Below are positions 39,363-52,662 of a stretch of 64,000 bases of DNA, in pieces. The stretch spans positions 345,585-409,584 of the forward strand of contig JAAOMT010000630.1 in the NCBI GenBank assembly GCA_016748015.1, written 5' to 3'. Origin of the DNA: Geosiphon pyriformis uo1. Taxonomy: Eukaryota > Fungi > Glomeromycota. The notes under the pieces are model-generated. The model was not told the origin of the DNA, did no database searches, and saw nothing but the letters and a program-made list of their open reading frames with translations. Position numbers and translations under genes: made by a program. Position 1 is the first letter of the stretch; every line of letters begins with the position of its first letter.

Positions 39363-41929
39363 CTTAATAAAAAATGGGGGAATAAATTATTTTGAAAACT
39401 TATTTACAAGATTCTTTAATTTTAAACTCCAAAGGGTTGGGATTCGTTCTTTAAACTATATTTCAAATTGGAATTTTATGAGAATACAAATAAAGTCTCT
39501 ATGTTCTCTATCCTCCGAATTTTTTGCATTCACCAATTATAAAGAATAATAATGGTAAAAGGCAAATCTTTCCCGGCCAAAAGTATTGAGACGAGGTTTT
39601 TATAATCAATTTCTTAATTAAAATGTAGGAGTATCTGGGATCCAGAAGTAAGCTTGTTAAAAAGATTTTACCGGATTTTTTTGTACCCATTTGTATTAAG
39701 AATCGACAAGAAATGTATGCTTTAACCACTTTGTCAAACAAACAACAGGTTTTTTATTCTACGAATTGGATCACAAGAGAATAAATCATGTTAGATTTCT
39801 TTACGATAATCTGAATCTCAATCCGATAATGATTCAAGTAACTAAATTTGATTTTTAGAAATACTTTGGTAAAATTTAAATCATTTTTGCTAATAAAATT
39901 TAAATAACTTTTTCCATGATTATCTCCGAAACTATTATTTAATCATATATTGAAAATAACCATATAATCCAGTCTTTTAGTAAAAACCATTTGGAAATAG
40001 TCTTTCAACGAAATTGTTACTATGCTCATTCCTTTAATTTTCCAAAAACTGTTGTGTAACTTGATGGCTAAATGCAAATCCTTGTTTTTTCCATACCAAA
40101 CTACGAAAAAATCCGTCAAAAAGTGAGACTACCCGAAATTTAATGATAATAATATCATTTAAAATGAAGAAGGTTTCCCAAAATAAATAATTGCAAAGTT
40201 AAATGAAAACATTTATTTTCAATTCAAAATAATTTGGAAAAATGTGAATATTTAGACGGGAAGAAATTTTATCATTCAAAATAAATTTATAATAGGTAAA
40301 AGTTATTACACAAAATATTAGTTAAAGATAAGTATAGTTACTTGATATATAATCTGAATTATTAATATTTAAACCATATTTTTATTATTTAAATTTGAAA
40401 AATATTATAATTATAATTAAAATATCTAATATTTTTTATTTTTTATTGTTTTAATTAAAGTATTTTAATAACTACTTATTAAAAAAAAAATATATTATAA
40501 TACAAGATTAAATATTTAATACGAGATAAAAATTTATTTAATTTTTAAAGAAAAAAAAATTCAGAAAGTTATCATACATGTCAAATTAATTGAAAAAAAA
40601 TATATCATATTTATGAATTATCAATTATATATTATATATTATTTTAAGATAATTTGAATTTAAATTATTATAATATTTGTTTTTTATTAATTATAATATT
40701 TTTTTTAATTTAATATTATAAATTATTTAATTAATAAATAATTACATATATTTTAATATTAAATTGATTTTGTTAAAACTTACAATTTTATATTTTATAT
40801 TTTATATTTTAAAAAAAATTTAAACTTGATTATCAATTTTGAATTTAAAAACTTTTTTGCTAATTTTAAATATATATATATATAAGAAAAATTTATAAAT
40901 AATCTATAAAACCAATAAAAATAATTAAAGATGAAATCTTTAAAGTTTTAAAAATCTAATTACTTTTAATTGAAAGTATAAAAATTTCACAAAAAATAAT
41001 AGTTTTTAAAGTTTAAAGAAACTAGAATAAATATTTTATTTAAAATTTGATAAAAAAAATAAAAAAAATAAAATTTAATTAAAAAAAATTATAACTAAAG
41101 TTTTAATAATTCAAAAATAAATTATTTTTTGGGGTAATATTATATATACAAGTTCCAAATATACCCAATAATTAAATCAATAATTACGTTACAAATAAAC
41201 ACACTAAAATAAAACAATATTAAATTTATAAACGTCATATAATAAACTAAGAAATAATGATAATATTAAATTGTACTAAGATTTTATAAATAATTATAAA
41301 ATAAAAACAAGTTATTAATATTTTTTGATTAAATAATTTAAAAAAATTTGTATATATATATATATATTATAATTATTTTTAAATTCTATTTTCAAAATAT
41401 AATTCCAAATTTTATAATAAGAATAGTATTATGTAATAGAATTCTAAATATTCAACCTTTTAAAACTTTGAAAGCAAATTAAATATCTTTATAAAGAAAT
41501 TTAATGTTAACTTTATATTAAGAAACTATAAATATTTTTTTGATAATTCAAAAATCAAAAAATAATTATCTAAATTTTTTAAAAAATTAATTAATATAAT
41601 ATTTTATGTTTTAGTCGTAAGTCTTTATATTAATATAAATAATAAAATTCATATTTTGTGACTTGATTAACATTTTTGAATATACTTAGTGACAAATAGA
41701 TCAATCATTGTTTCTAAATTGATTTATTTTTAATTTATCTGATCAACTTTTATCAAAATCTTTGCTGATTAAATTTTTAGAATAAACATATAAATCCTTA
41801 AAAAATTATTTTGGTTTAAAATACTTGGAATCTCGAAACCCTTAAAAAAGATCGTTCAAAGAACTCCTACTTTTTATCTGTTAACTTACAATTGAAGATA
41901 TAGGTACCATTTCTGGTAAGATTTAAAAT

Positions 41930-42400
41930 TTCCGTGATTTTTTATTCGCGTTTATTATAAAATAATCAAAAGATTTTGCGCGTTTTTTTCTTACACTTTT
42001 ATTACAAAAGATCATAATGTCATATTTTTAGTTAAAACATATTATTTTAATATAAACAATTTCAATTGTCTTTGTTTTACCTTAAAAGTGAACCATAACA
42101 ATGAAATTTTTCTTTTTACACGAGTGGTATTTTTTATCTCTTGAATAGATTAGAAATTAAACCAGCAATCTCGATAAAATAAAGAGATGATCAAAAAATT
42201 CTTGTTGAATAAATCTTATACGAGTCTTAAAAATCAGCGCAGCACAAATTCTCAAAGTTGCTAATTGTTTTGCTTTTGTTCCCTTTAATAATAACTAATA
42301 CCAATTTGCGCTGCATCCATACCTTTTATACCTCATAAATAATAGCAAAACAACGAAGCCAATTGTCTAATTTAAATTATAAAATGCAATTCGAAAATAA
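41930..42400. repeat. Third copy of the ~450-bp upstream module (also 46497..46960 direct and 6601..7046 inverted)
   Basis: Shared ttgttttaccttaaaagtgaa, gtggtatttttatctcttgaatag, caaattctcaaagttgctaattg, ataactaataccaatttgcgctgca. Confidence 0.85.
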
Positions 42401-42522
42401 TGAAGTGAATCCCTATTTATACTCTGTAACATCACCTCAAAGTCTTGACTTGTCTTTAAAGTTAAAATCATCCAAGCTTATATTAGTATTTTTCTAAAGA
42501 ACTCGAGAAAAAGATTGTTAAT

Positions 42523-43987
42523 ATGTCCGACATTTCTAACTTTCAAATAAAATTTTGTGCAGATATTGGAAAACTTCTAGAGCAAAACAATACACATGAT
42601 GTAATTATTCATGCCGGTAAAGAACCAAACATGAAAAAATATAAGGCCCATTCTCTTATACTATGCGCAAGATCGCGTTACTTTCGTATCGGTTTATCAG
42701 CTGATTGGGCAAAGAAGAAAGACGAAATCTTTGTGTTTAAAAAGCCAAACATTTTACCAGAAGTGTTTGAAAATATTATAAAGTATGTTTTGAATTTAAG
42801 AAATATTTTGAAAACATTCTGAAATTTTCATTAACATTTTTCAAAACTCGAATAGATTTTTATACAGCGCAACTATTGACTTGAAAGGTCAGGAAGGTCC
42901 AGAAATTTTGAAACTTTTGGTTGCAGTTGATGAATTAGAATTGGATGATTTATCGGCTCATATACAACAATACTTGATCAAAGAGAAACATGAATGGCTA
43001 CACCAAGATCCTATGCAAGTGCTGGATATTGTTTTTCGGCATGAAGCGTGTCACAGCCTCCGTGATTATTGTCTCGAGGCTATTTGTGCGAACCCGAAAG
43101 TAGTTTTCGAATCAAAGGATTTTTACTTTATTGATAGATCAATTCTTCTAATGCTGTTGAAACGAGACGACCTTGACATTGAAGAAATAAAAATTTTGGA
43201 GTATTTATTTAATTGGGGTACGATGCAACACACATCTTTAGGAAAGGAGGTTTCTATCTGGTGTGGAGAAGATTTCACGGCAGTAGCAGCTACTTTAGAA
43301 CCACTGCTACTTCTAATTCGATGGGAAGAGATCAAGTCATCTGATTTTCAGCAAAAGGTGTTGCCTTATAAGCGGGTCCTACCCAAACCTCTTTACAAAA
43401 GCATTATCGACCATTATCTGAATCCGAGTATACCAATTCAATCTACTTTGAAGGCTCGAGCCGCAACTCGAATTGACTCCACTATAATTAATAAGAAGAT
43501 TGCAGCTGTAATCGGTAATTGGATAGCAGGAACGAACTCGATATCAGAGCAAAAGCATTCTTACAATTTTGAAAACTTGTTTCGCGCCAGTCGGGATGGA
43601 TTTAATGATAGAACTTTTCATAGTAGATGTGATAACAAAGGACCTACAGTTACTATTGTGAAGCTTTTATTAAACAATATTATTGTTGGCGCCTATAATC
43701 CTCTACACTGGACCAGTAATGGAACTTATCAAAATTCGAATTCTACTTTTATTTTTCAGTTTTCGGATTCGAGTAGTCAATCAGGGAAGATTGGTCGAGT
43801 TATCACCTACCAAAATGCTGTTTATAATAATCCTAGTTATGGACCAACTTTTGGTGGTGGACATGATTTCTATATAAATGGGAATTATTGGTGCCACAGT
43901 TCAGTACATTCCTATCCCAATATTTTTTCAAGCCTTAGAGGTAATAACCTACAAATGCAAGACTATGAAGTTTTTAAAGTTTTATAA
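42523..43987 (+). CDS. BTB/POZ-BACK-TLDc protein B7 (exons 42523..42782 and 42856..43987; 463 aa)
   Basis: Family motifs present. 73-bp GT-AG intron. The spliced frame is open. Confidence 0.9.
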
Positions 43988-45551
43988 CCATTTAACTTGA
44001 TTTTTCCCTTTAAAATGTGGTATCTGACATGATTATTTCTTTGATTTATAAGTTTTTGTCAATTTGCTAGCGCGTGTTATCTGATTTTTAATAAAACTCA
44101 ATAATTATATTTAATTTTCTATGGGCAAATTTATTTAAAAACGGTTTAGCATCATCTCATACAATTTTAATTTCAATTTATTGATAAATAAAAGTGGATT
44201 CAGGAGTCTCGAAAAGTATTAAAACCATCCATGCCACTATTCATCACAAAACCTAAGCTATAATCATTGTAAAGAGAAAAAAAAACAAAGCCTCAAGTCT
44301 TACATATTATTTATAGGTTATAAAATCAACTGCTTTTCTATATACATTTTATCACCTGATAGCTCAAGTAAAAATTTCAAGTGAAAAAGTCAAGAATTAA
44401 ACATATTTTACTTGCCATAAAAAAAATTCTTTCCCACCAAAATATCATTTTCTCATCGTTTCCGTTATTTTTCCGGTACCAACTCAAAATTCAGAATACT
44501 TCCTCGATTCGTGATTAAGTAGCAAATAGCACAGATAGTATGTATTAGAGATTAGACTTAGTCTTATAAGAGATTAGCAGAATGGAAAAATTTAGGTATA
44601 ATAAAATTCTAAATATTTCGCTGTTCCATTCCTCTCTTCTACAATATTCCAAATAAGATTTTCCTTGCTAAAGAATATTTTTCAATATATTTTTATGAAT
44701 TAATATTCATTTTGCACTATCAGATTCAAAACTGATATTTTTCATTAAAGAATTTAAAATTTATCTTAAATTAGAAATGCAATAATATCTAATATTTCAT
44801 ATTTTTTATACATGTAAATTATATTTTTATTTCCTGATGTCCTGATGTCTGGTTTTAAAATGAATTTTATATATTAAAAATGTGGTTCATAGGGGAATCA
44901 AAAAAAATACATATCTGAAATTCTCAAATAATCATTCGGACTATTCATTATGGAAACGAGTAGTGTGCACGATCTATGGCAGAAAGATTTTTTGGTTTTG
45001 TTTTATTAGCGAAATATATCATTAAGAAACTGATCTCCCGAATTTTGCGGAATTATTTATATAATACCAAGTTAAAAAATTTGAAATGAGATTTTTATTA
45101 ATTTATTATTTTAAAGATTAAAATCTTGGGGAGGCAAACCAAATTTCAAATACAAAATTATGTTTTACGGCTAAAAAATAGTAAAAATTTTTATCAATTT
45201 ACAAAACTATCCTTGCAATTTAGCAAAATCATTATCTTCTTTTATTTAAGTCAATAAACTATAGCTAAAATTCAAAATTTTTGCTTCAAATTTAAAAGCA
45301 GATTATTAATTTGGTCAAAAACAATTACATTTGTAAAAAGTCGACGAGGTAGATAAATTTACAAATATTTGATTTCACAAAAGTTATTTCTGCGAAGACA
45401 ATTATTAATATATAAAAGTTTGAATGTATAGTATAGCAGTATAAATAGCATCATTTAAAGCTGATTAAGAAAGTAATTTAGAAATTTAATAATACAGCGA
45501 TCATACAAAAAAAATCTAATCAGCAAATTTAAATCACAACTACTTTTGATA

Positions 45552-47135
45552 TAAATTTATTATATGAAAGTATATTCTAAAATACATTCTAATAAAGTTG
45601 AACAAAAATTATAAATAATAATTAACATAATAAAATTTTAATTTTATTATATTTATATTTATTTTTTATTATTGCCAAACAAGTGTAGTCCAACCACCAA
45701 CTATTGTATATTAGATGTGGATCAGGCTACAAACAACACGTGACCAGCCACAATAATTATTTAACTACTATCTTAAATGAATTCGCTATCCCTGATTTTT
45801 ATAGCTTTTTTAATAACCTTAAAGAATTATTAGATTACTAAATACATATTCACTTAATAAAAAATCAATAGCATTAATTATTTTATTGCTATTTAATAAA
45901 CATGCTTCATACTTATTTTAATATATATTAATAACCAACTTAAAAAAACTCTATCCTGANNNNNNNNNNNNNNNNNNNNNNNNNNNNNNNNNNNNNNNNN
46001 NNNNNNNNNNNNNNNNNNNNNNNNNNNNNNNNNNNNNNNNNNNNNNNNNNNNNNNNNNNNNNNNNNNNNNNNNNNNNNNNNNNNNNNNNNNNNNNNNNNN
46101 NNNNNNNNNNNNNNNNNNNNNNNNNNNNNNNNNNNNNNNNNNNNNNNNNNNNNNNNNNNNNNNNNNNNNNNNNNNNNNNNNNNNNNNNNNNNNNNNNNNN
46201 NNNNNNNNNNNNNNNNNNNNNNNNNNNNNNNNNNNNNNNNNNNNNNNNNNNNNNNNNNNNNNNNNNNNNNNNNNNNNNNNNNNNNNNNNNNNNNNNNNNN
46301 NNNNNNNNNNNNNNNNNNNNNNNNNNNNNNNNNNNNNNNNNNNNNNNNNNNNNNNNNNNNNNNNNNNNNNNNNNNNNNNNNNNNNNNNNNNNNNNNNNNN
46401 NNNNNNNNNNNNNNNNNNNNNNNNNNNNNNNNNNNNNNNNNNNNNNNNNNNNNNNNNNNNNNNNNNNNNNNNNNNNNNNNNNNNNNNNNNNNNNNNCAGC
46501 TGCCATTTCTGATAAGATCCAAAATTTCTGTGATTTTTTTATTTGCGTTTATTATAAAAAGATCACTGAAATCTTTTGATTTGAAAAAATTGCGTGAATA
46601 GGTGAGCGAAAGATTTTGCGCGATTTTCAATTGTCATTGTTTTACCTTAAAAGTGAACAATAACAATGAAATTTTTCTTTACGCGGGTGGTATTTTTATC
46701 TCTTGAATAGGTTAGAAATTAAACCTGAAATCTCGGTAAAATAAGCAGATGATCAAATATCTCGTTGGATAAACCTTATTCAAGTCTTAGAAATCAGCAC
46801 AATGCAAATTCTCAAAGTTGCTAATTGGTTTGCTTTTATTCCCTCCAATAATAACTAATACCAATTTGCGCTGCAATGCATACCTTTTATACCTTAATAA
46901 AAATAGCAAAACAGCGAAGCCAATTGTCACATTTAATAAAATCCAATTCGAAAAAAGTAACGTTTGCGCTTCCATTTGAAAATAAAAAAAAAGATTGAAG
47001 TTTTTAATTAGGGCGAACTTAAATTTAAACTGTTTAAAGTGCATAATATTTCTCCCAGCCTATTATTGGTTTTTGGCTATAAAAACTATCTAGCTCATAA
47101 TTTTTTGTACAGAACCTAGGAATAAGAAATTTGAT
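45552..47135. repeat. Inverted repeat arm matching 6528..7967; contains a 537-N gap
   Basis: Reverse-complement match on both sides of the gap. Gap length is close to the homologous 513-bp span 7047..7559. Confidence 0.9.
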
Positions 47136-48616
47136 ATGTCTGATATTTCCGAATTTCAAAAAGAATTTTGCGCTGATATTGGGGAAATTCTTGAACAAAA
47201 TAATACACATGATGTAATTATCTACGTCGGTGAAGAGCCAAGCATTAAAGAATATAAAGCCCATTCTATTATATTATGTGCGAGGTCGCATTACTTTCTC
47301 ACCGCTCTATCAGCTGATTGGGCAAAGAAAGAAGATGGAATCTTTGTGTTTAAAAAGCCGAACATTTTACCCAAAGTTTTTGAAGTTATCTTGAAGTATG
47401 CTTTCGAATATTTAGTATTTAATTAATATTTTTAAAACATCGTTACCATTTGTTAAAACTTTTTCAAAACCTAAATAGATTTTTATACAGCGCAACTGTT
47501 GACCTGAAAAGTCAGGAAGCTCCAGAAATTTTGAAACTTTTAATTGCAGTTGATGAATTAGAATTGGATAATTTATCGGCTCATATACAACAATACTTGA
47601 TCAAAGAGAAACATGAATGGTTAAACCAAAATTTCGTGCAAGCGCTTGATATTGTTTTCAGGCATGAAGCGTGTCACAGCCTCCGTGATTATTGTCTCGA
47701 GGCTATTTGCGCAAACCCGAAATTAATTTTTGAATCAAAGAGTTTTCACTCTATCGACAGATCTATTCTTTTAATGCTCTTGAAACGGGATGACCTTGAC
47801 ATTGAAGAAATAAAAATTTGGGAGTATTTAATTGATTGGGGTACGGCACAACACACATCCTTGAAAAAGGAGGTTTCTAAATGGTCCCGAGAAGACTTCA
47901 TCGCAGTAGCAGCTACCTTAGAACCACTGCTACCTCTAATCCGATGGGGAGAGATTGAGTCATCTGATTTTCAGCACAAGGGTTTCTCTTATAAGCGGGT
48001 ATTCCCCGAGCCTCTTTTTGACAACATCATTGAGCATTATCTGAATTCGAGTATACCAATTCAATCTACTTTGAAACCTCGATTACCAGCTCAAATTGAC
48101 TCCACTATAATTGATAAGAAGATCGCAAGAGTAATCGGTAATTGGATAGCAGGAACGAACTCGATATCAGAGCAAAAGCATTCCTACAAATTTGAAAACT
48201 TGTTTCGCGCCAGTCGGGATGGATTTGATAGTGGAAATTTTCATAGTAGATGTGATAACAAAGGACCTACATTCACTATCGTAAAGCTTTCATCAAACAA
48301 TATTATTGTTGGCGGTTATAATCCTCTAAACTGGACCAGTAATATAGGTTATGAATATTCGAATTCTAATTTTATTTTTCAGTTTTCGGATTCGAGTAGT
48401 CAATCAGGGCTGATTGGTCGAATTAAGGCCTATAACCAAAATGCTGTTTATAACCATCCTAGTTATGGACCAACTTTTGGTGGTGGAAATGATTTCCTTA
48501 TAAATGGGACGTATTGGCGTCATTCTGCAGAGAATAGTTATCCAAATATTTTTCCTTCCTTTAGTGTAGGTTTTAACCATCAGATGCAAGAATATGAAGT
48601 TTTTAGAGTTTTATAA
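47136..48616 (+). CDS. BTB/POZ-BACK-TLDc protein B8 (exons 47136..47395 and 47479..48616; 465 aa)
   Basis: Family motifs present. 83-bp GT-AG intron. The spliced frame is open. Confidence 0.92.
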
Positions 48617-50384
48617 AGCATTTAACTTGACTTTTTCTCTCTAAAAAAATTACTAGTCTATGTTATCTTTTTACTAATAAATTCAATAATCATATCATAA
48701 TATATTTCAAAATAATAGTAAAATTAGGAATATAGAATATGTTTGAACACAGTAAAATTAAGGAAACAATATATTTTATACTTTTTATTATTTTTTTCCG
48801 CAAAAATCTTAAAGATTTTATAGTAGAAACGTTAAAGAAATGTAGAAATGAAAAACATATCTATAATTTAGGATTTTTTTATCACTTTTTATTAAACTGA
48901 TATTAAAAACCCTCATGAAATATTGGTTACTAAACTTTTTTCAAAACCTGCCATATTTAAGTAATCTACACTTATTTTTAACTATTAAGTATGATAAATA
49001 TAAATATTTAATAATTACTTTTATTAAAAATCAAATAAATTGTATTAAAATTCTAATAGAACTTACCAAAAAATAAAAAAAATTTGGTAAATACAATTAA
49101 ATAAATCACAAAATTTTAAAACAAATTATGAATGGTATTTTAATGAAATAAACATAATCCATCAATAAACTTTATTAAAAAAAAAATTATTGCTAAATGA
49201 TTAAACAAATAATAAATTAAACAATGAATACAATTTAAAGAAATTTTGTAACTTAATAAATCTGTTTCTGTTACAATTTATTATCGTGAAAAAAATACAT
49301 TAAAAAATTGAGCAAGCTTTCGATTTAATTAAAATTTTTAAAAAAACTAAATATATTTTTAACTTGTTAAAAATTATAATATTTAATTTATAAAAAAAAT
49401 TAATTTTTTCAGTTTTTACATTTAGTAATTTTGATAACCAAATCTTTATTTAATAAATAGGTTTTTATATAATTGTTTTTTATGATTGTTTAACAATAGA
49501 AATTTATTTTCAATTTTCTTAATGCCTAATTTAATAACATCGAATTTTAAAAAGAACAATTTCAAAACATATAATTTTGCAAAGATATAAAAAAGATTAA
49601 AAGATATTTTAGTTTTTTTAAAAAAAATTTTAATACAATTAATAATTTTAATATTTTTGAAGTAACAAAATTTAAAAATAACACAACTTGTAATACGTTA
49701 TTAATTTTTATATCAAAAAATAAATTTTTTAAACTTTAATAATTCAGGAATAGCAAAAATAATAATATTCAAAATAATTTTTTTTTAAATATATTTATTT
49801 TAATATTGAAATAATATATAAATGGTTTGAAATTTACGATATAAATAAATTTGATATACAAAATATATTAACTTTTATTATTATCTCAAATTGTTAAAAT
49901 ATAAAATATTTTTAATTAATAATTGATCGCATTGTTGATAAATAAATTAATTACATTTAATAATATTTGATAATTAATAATTAATAAATTTAAAAATAAA
50001 TAACAGTTCTTTGGTCTTTATTTTTATTAATCAATAATATTTTTTAACAAAGATTTGTGATTATACACTTTTAAAAGATTTACAAATGTTATCTTTATAT
50101 TTTTTTTAATACTATTTTATGTTTAATAATAAACTTTGAAAAAAATAAAAGACTGAGAGAGAATTCTTAACAAATAAAAAGTTCAAGAATGTTAGAGAGA
50201 GCAGAAAATTTCCTTATTTACATTGCATAAACGGGTAGAATTCAAATGACTGCAAAAGCGTAAAAGGGAGCTTGTCATTATCATTCCTATTTTAGTTAAA
50301 TGAAAACCTGAATTGAGTCACACTTTGGTGATTGCTAGTTTTGATAGCTCATTTAAAAATGGAATTTTCAGGTTTGATTATATT

Positions 50385-51268
50385 CTAACGTAAGAGAAAA
50401 TTAAAAGTTTTAAGAAAATAGCTTACCGGACTTTCTCTCAATATATCTTCATCATCCATCCCAAGACAATAAATTAAATCAAAACTATCACAATCGCATT
50501 GAGTTTTGATCAAGTATTTCGTTCCTGAATTTACATACATAGCGGGAATTTTATTACTCGTATGAAATTGGAATCTAGTAACTTGGTCATCCATTAAAGT
50601 AACTACTGTTAATTGATTGTTAACATGTCTTGTAAATTCTATATTCCATGTACTCAAATACGACTTCAGTTGCTATGATAGAAAAAATTATTGTCAAGAG
50701 CATAAAATAAATTCGTCCTAAAGAAATGGGAGAAGTTCTAATTTTAGTTTTAAATTAAAATTCATAGAAATAGAATAAACAAATAAATTATGGAAGATAC
50801 CTCTAATTTTGTGATCTTTTATAATATGTGTTAATTGGCTGGGATTATACCTATTTTTTAAATATCCGGCTAATTCATGAAATCTCCCAATTATCCTTAC
50901 GCCATAAATTCGTGTTGGCCATCGAAGTTTTTCTCGATATTTGATTCAGGTTGAGAGGCACAACTGCTGACTAATAATTTATTCACTTTTATCTGAGCCG
51001 TTTAGAAACTGCTTTAGCGTATCCTCTTACGCTTATTGTTTTGCTGAGTTTTTTCTATTATATTAGAATTTTTATCTAAATTAGTTTCGAAAATAATATT
51101 AAGTCGCTTCGACAAGTATTTGACAATTTTGTTTGAATCACAGAATACAAAATTTTCTTATATATTCTCTGAATCATTCCAAATCTCTAGTTTAGATTTA
51201 ACTAAGCTATATAGAAAAAATGCAAATATAGCGATAATACTGGGAAAATAAATGAAATAAGGAACCAA
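50385..51268 (-). pseudogene. Pseudogene of the secreted lipase-like gene at 53847..55307
   Basis: Collinear homology (EIWNDSENI*, HKIRG|GT, YLSTW, RHVNNQLTV, KTQCDCD, ESP|GT). The start is changed to TTG, there is a premature TAA, and an internal deletion removes the core. Confidence 0.85.
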
Positions 51269-52600
51269 TTTGCTTAGTTATTGACTACTAAATTATAAAA
51301 ATTTTTATTTTTCTTCACCCTTATTTTCTCATTAATTTCTTTTGGTAAGCAAAATTTTAATCTTTATTGTTTAGTAAACAAGCAATGATAATATAAAATA
51401 TTAATTTTTTTATTATAAATTAAATAGCTCAATTTTGTTTTTGATTTACTGTACTAAACAGCAAAATAGTGATAATTTTATCCCTAACAAATTTTTGATA
51501 AAGTTTCCCATTGTTAAAAACATTTTTTTCGGTATTTGAGCAAAGGTAATATGTATGATTTTTTACGGTCAGTTAAATTATGCTGTAACTATTAGTTATT
51601 GAAAAAGCGGAAAAGTAATTTGGAAAAGAATAATAGCTCAAAATTTAAAACTAATCGTAACAAGAAGGTAAAATATGCTTTAAAGTTAATGAAAAAGGGA
51701 TATATAGTTTTGACAAAATATAGAAACGAATAAATTTAGAAGATTAATTATAATAAGCCAAACTTATAGCAGATGATCAAAACACAAAATACTTTACGAT
51801 AATGATTTAATGTATGTATTTTTATTTTCCCATCATACTCTTTTATTGGAATACTGTGCTTATCAATTACAATTTATCGAAATACTGAGAAGGGACGATG
51901 AATACCAAGTCGATGTTTACCCAATTAAAATTTAGAGATTTATTTGTATCTCTTTGCAACATTAATAAACTCAAGGAGTTTAAATATATTTTATATAACA
52001 TTGACAAAAAAAATAATATATATTATTTTTTATTCTAGAACTCTCTATACTAGAAAACTAAACAATTTTTTCATCTGCAATGTTCATTATTTAACTACTT
52101 TGATAATATTTCGATCAACGGAGCATATACTGTGAAAGCAGTTTTGGAAAAGGAATAAAATTACTTTGAATTTTTCTTTAATTAAAATATTAAAATAAAA
52201 ATCTAAAAAAAAACTTGGTTCTCCTTCAGTTTTCAATTTTAGTTTAGACATTAAATTATGAATTTAATAAATAGTGATTTGTAATTTTTGAAATTAAAAT
52301 TATGAATTATGAAGCTTTTTAAATTAAGCAAAAATCTATGGTTGTTTTGCTTTATTTGTTATCTAATCAGAAAGCCCTAGCATCTCTTCTACAAACTTTG
52401 GTTAGTCTTATTTGAAGAGATGATGTAGCATATGCTAAAAAAGATGAACCTTTAAACTTTGTGCTGACTTGAAACTTGAAAATAAATTATTGCACAAAAA
52501 TATTTTAAATACACGCAAACATTGGTTCCATGTCCAGTGAACCAATTTTCATGATATCAGCACGATAAAAGATGTTTTTCACAGTTTAAATAAATCAAAA

Positions 52601-52662
52601 GAAAGCAAGCAAACAGATAAACAAACAAGCAAACAAACAAATAAACAAACAAACAAAAAAAA
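52601..52662. repeat. Imperfect (CAAA)n microsatellite
   Basis: gcaagcaaacagataaacaaacaagcaaacaaacaaataaacaaacaaacaaaa. Confidence 0.8.

Noticed and set aside
45893-46630. ORFs spanning N runs (also 6913..7185)
   Set aside because: They are open only because of assembly gaps.
3448-48616. Diversity-generating retroelement explanation for TLDc variability (many N/Y/S/H codons)
   Set aside because: There is no non-coding template repeat and no intact reverse transcriptase. Several differences do not involve adenine (ttt/ctt, tat/cat, ggg/cgg).
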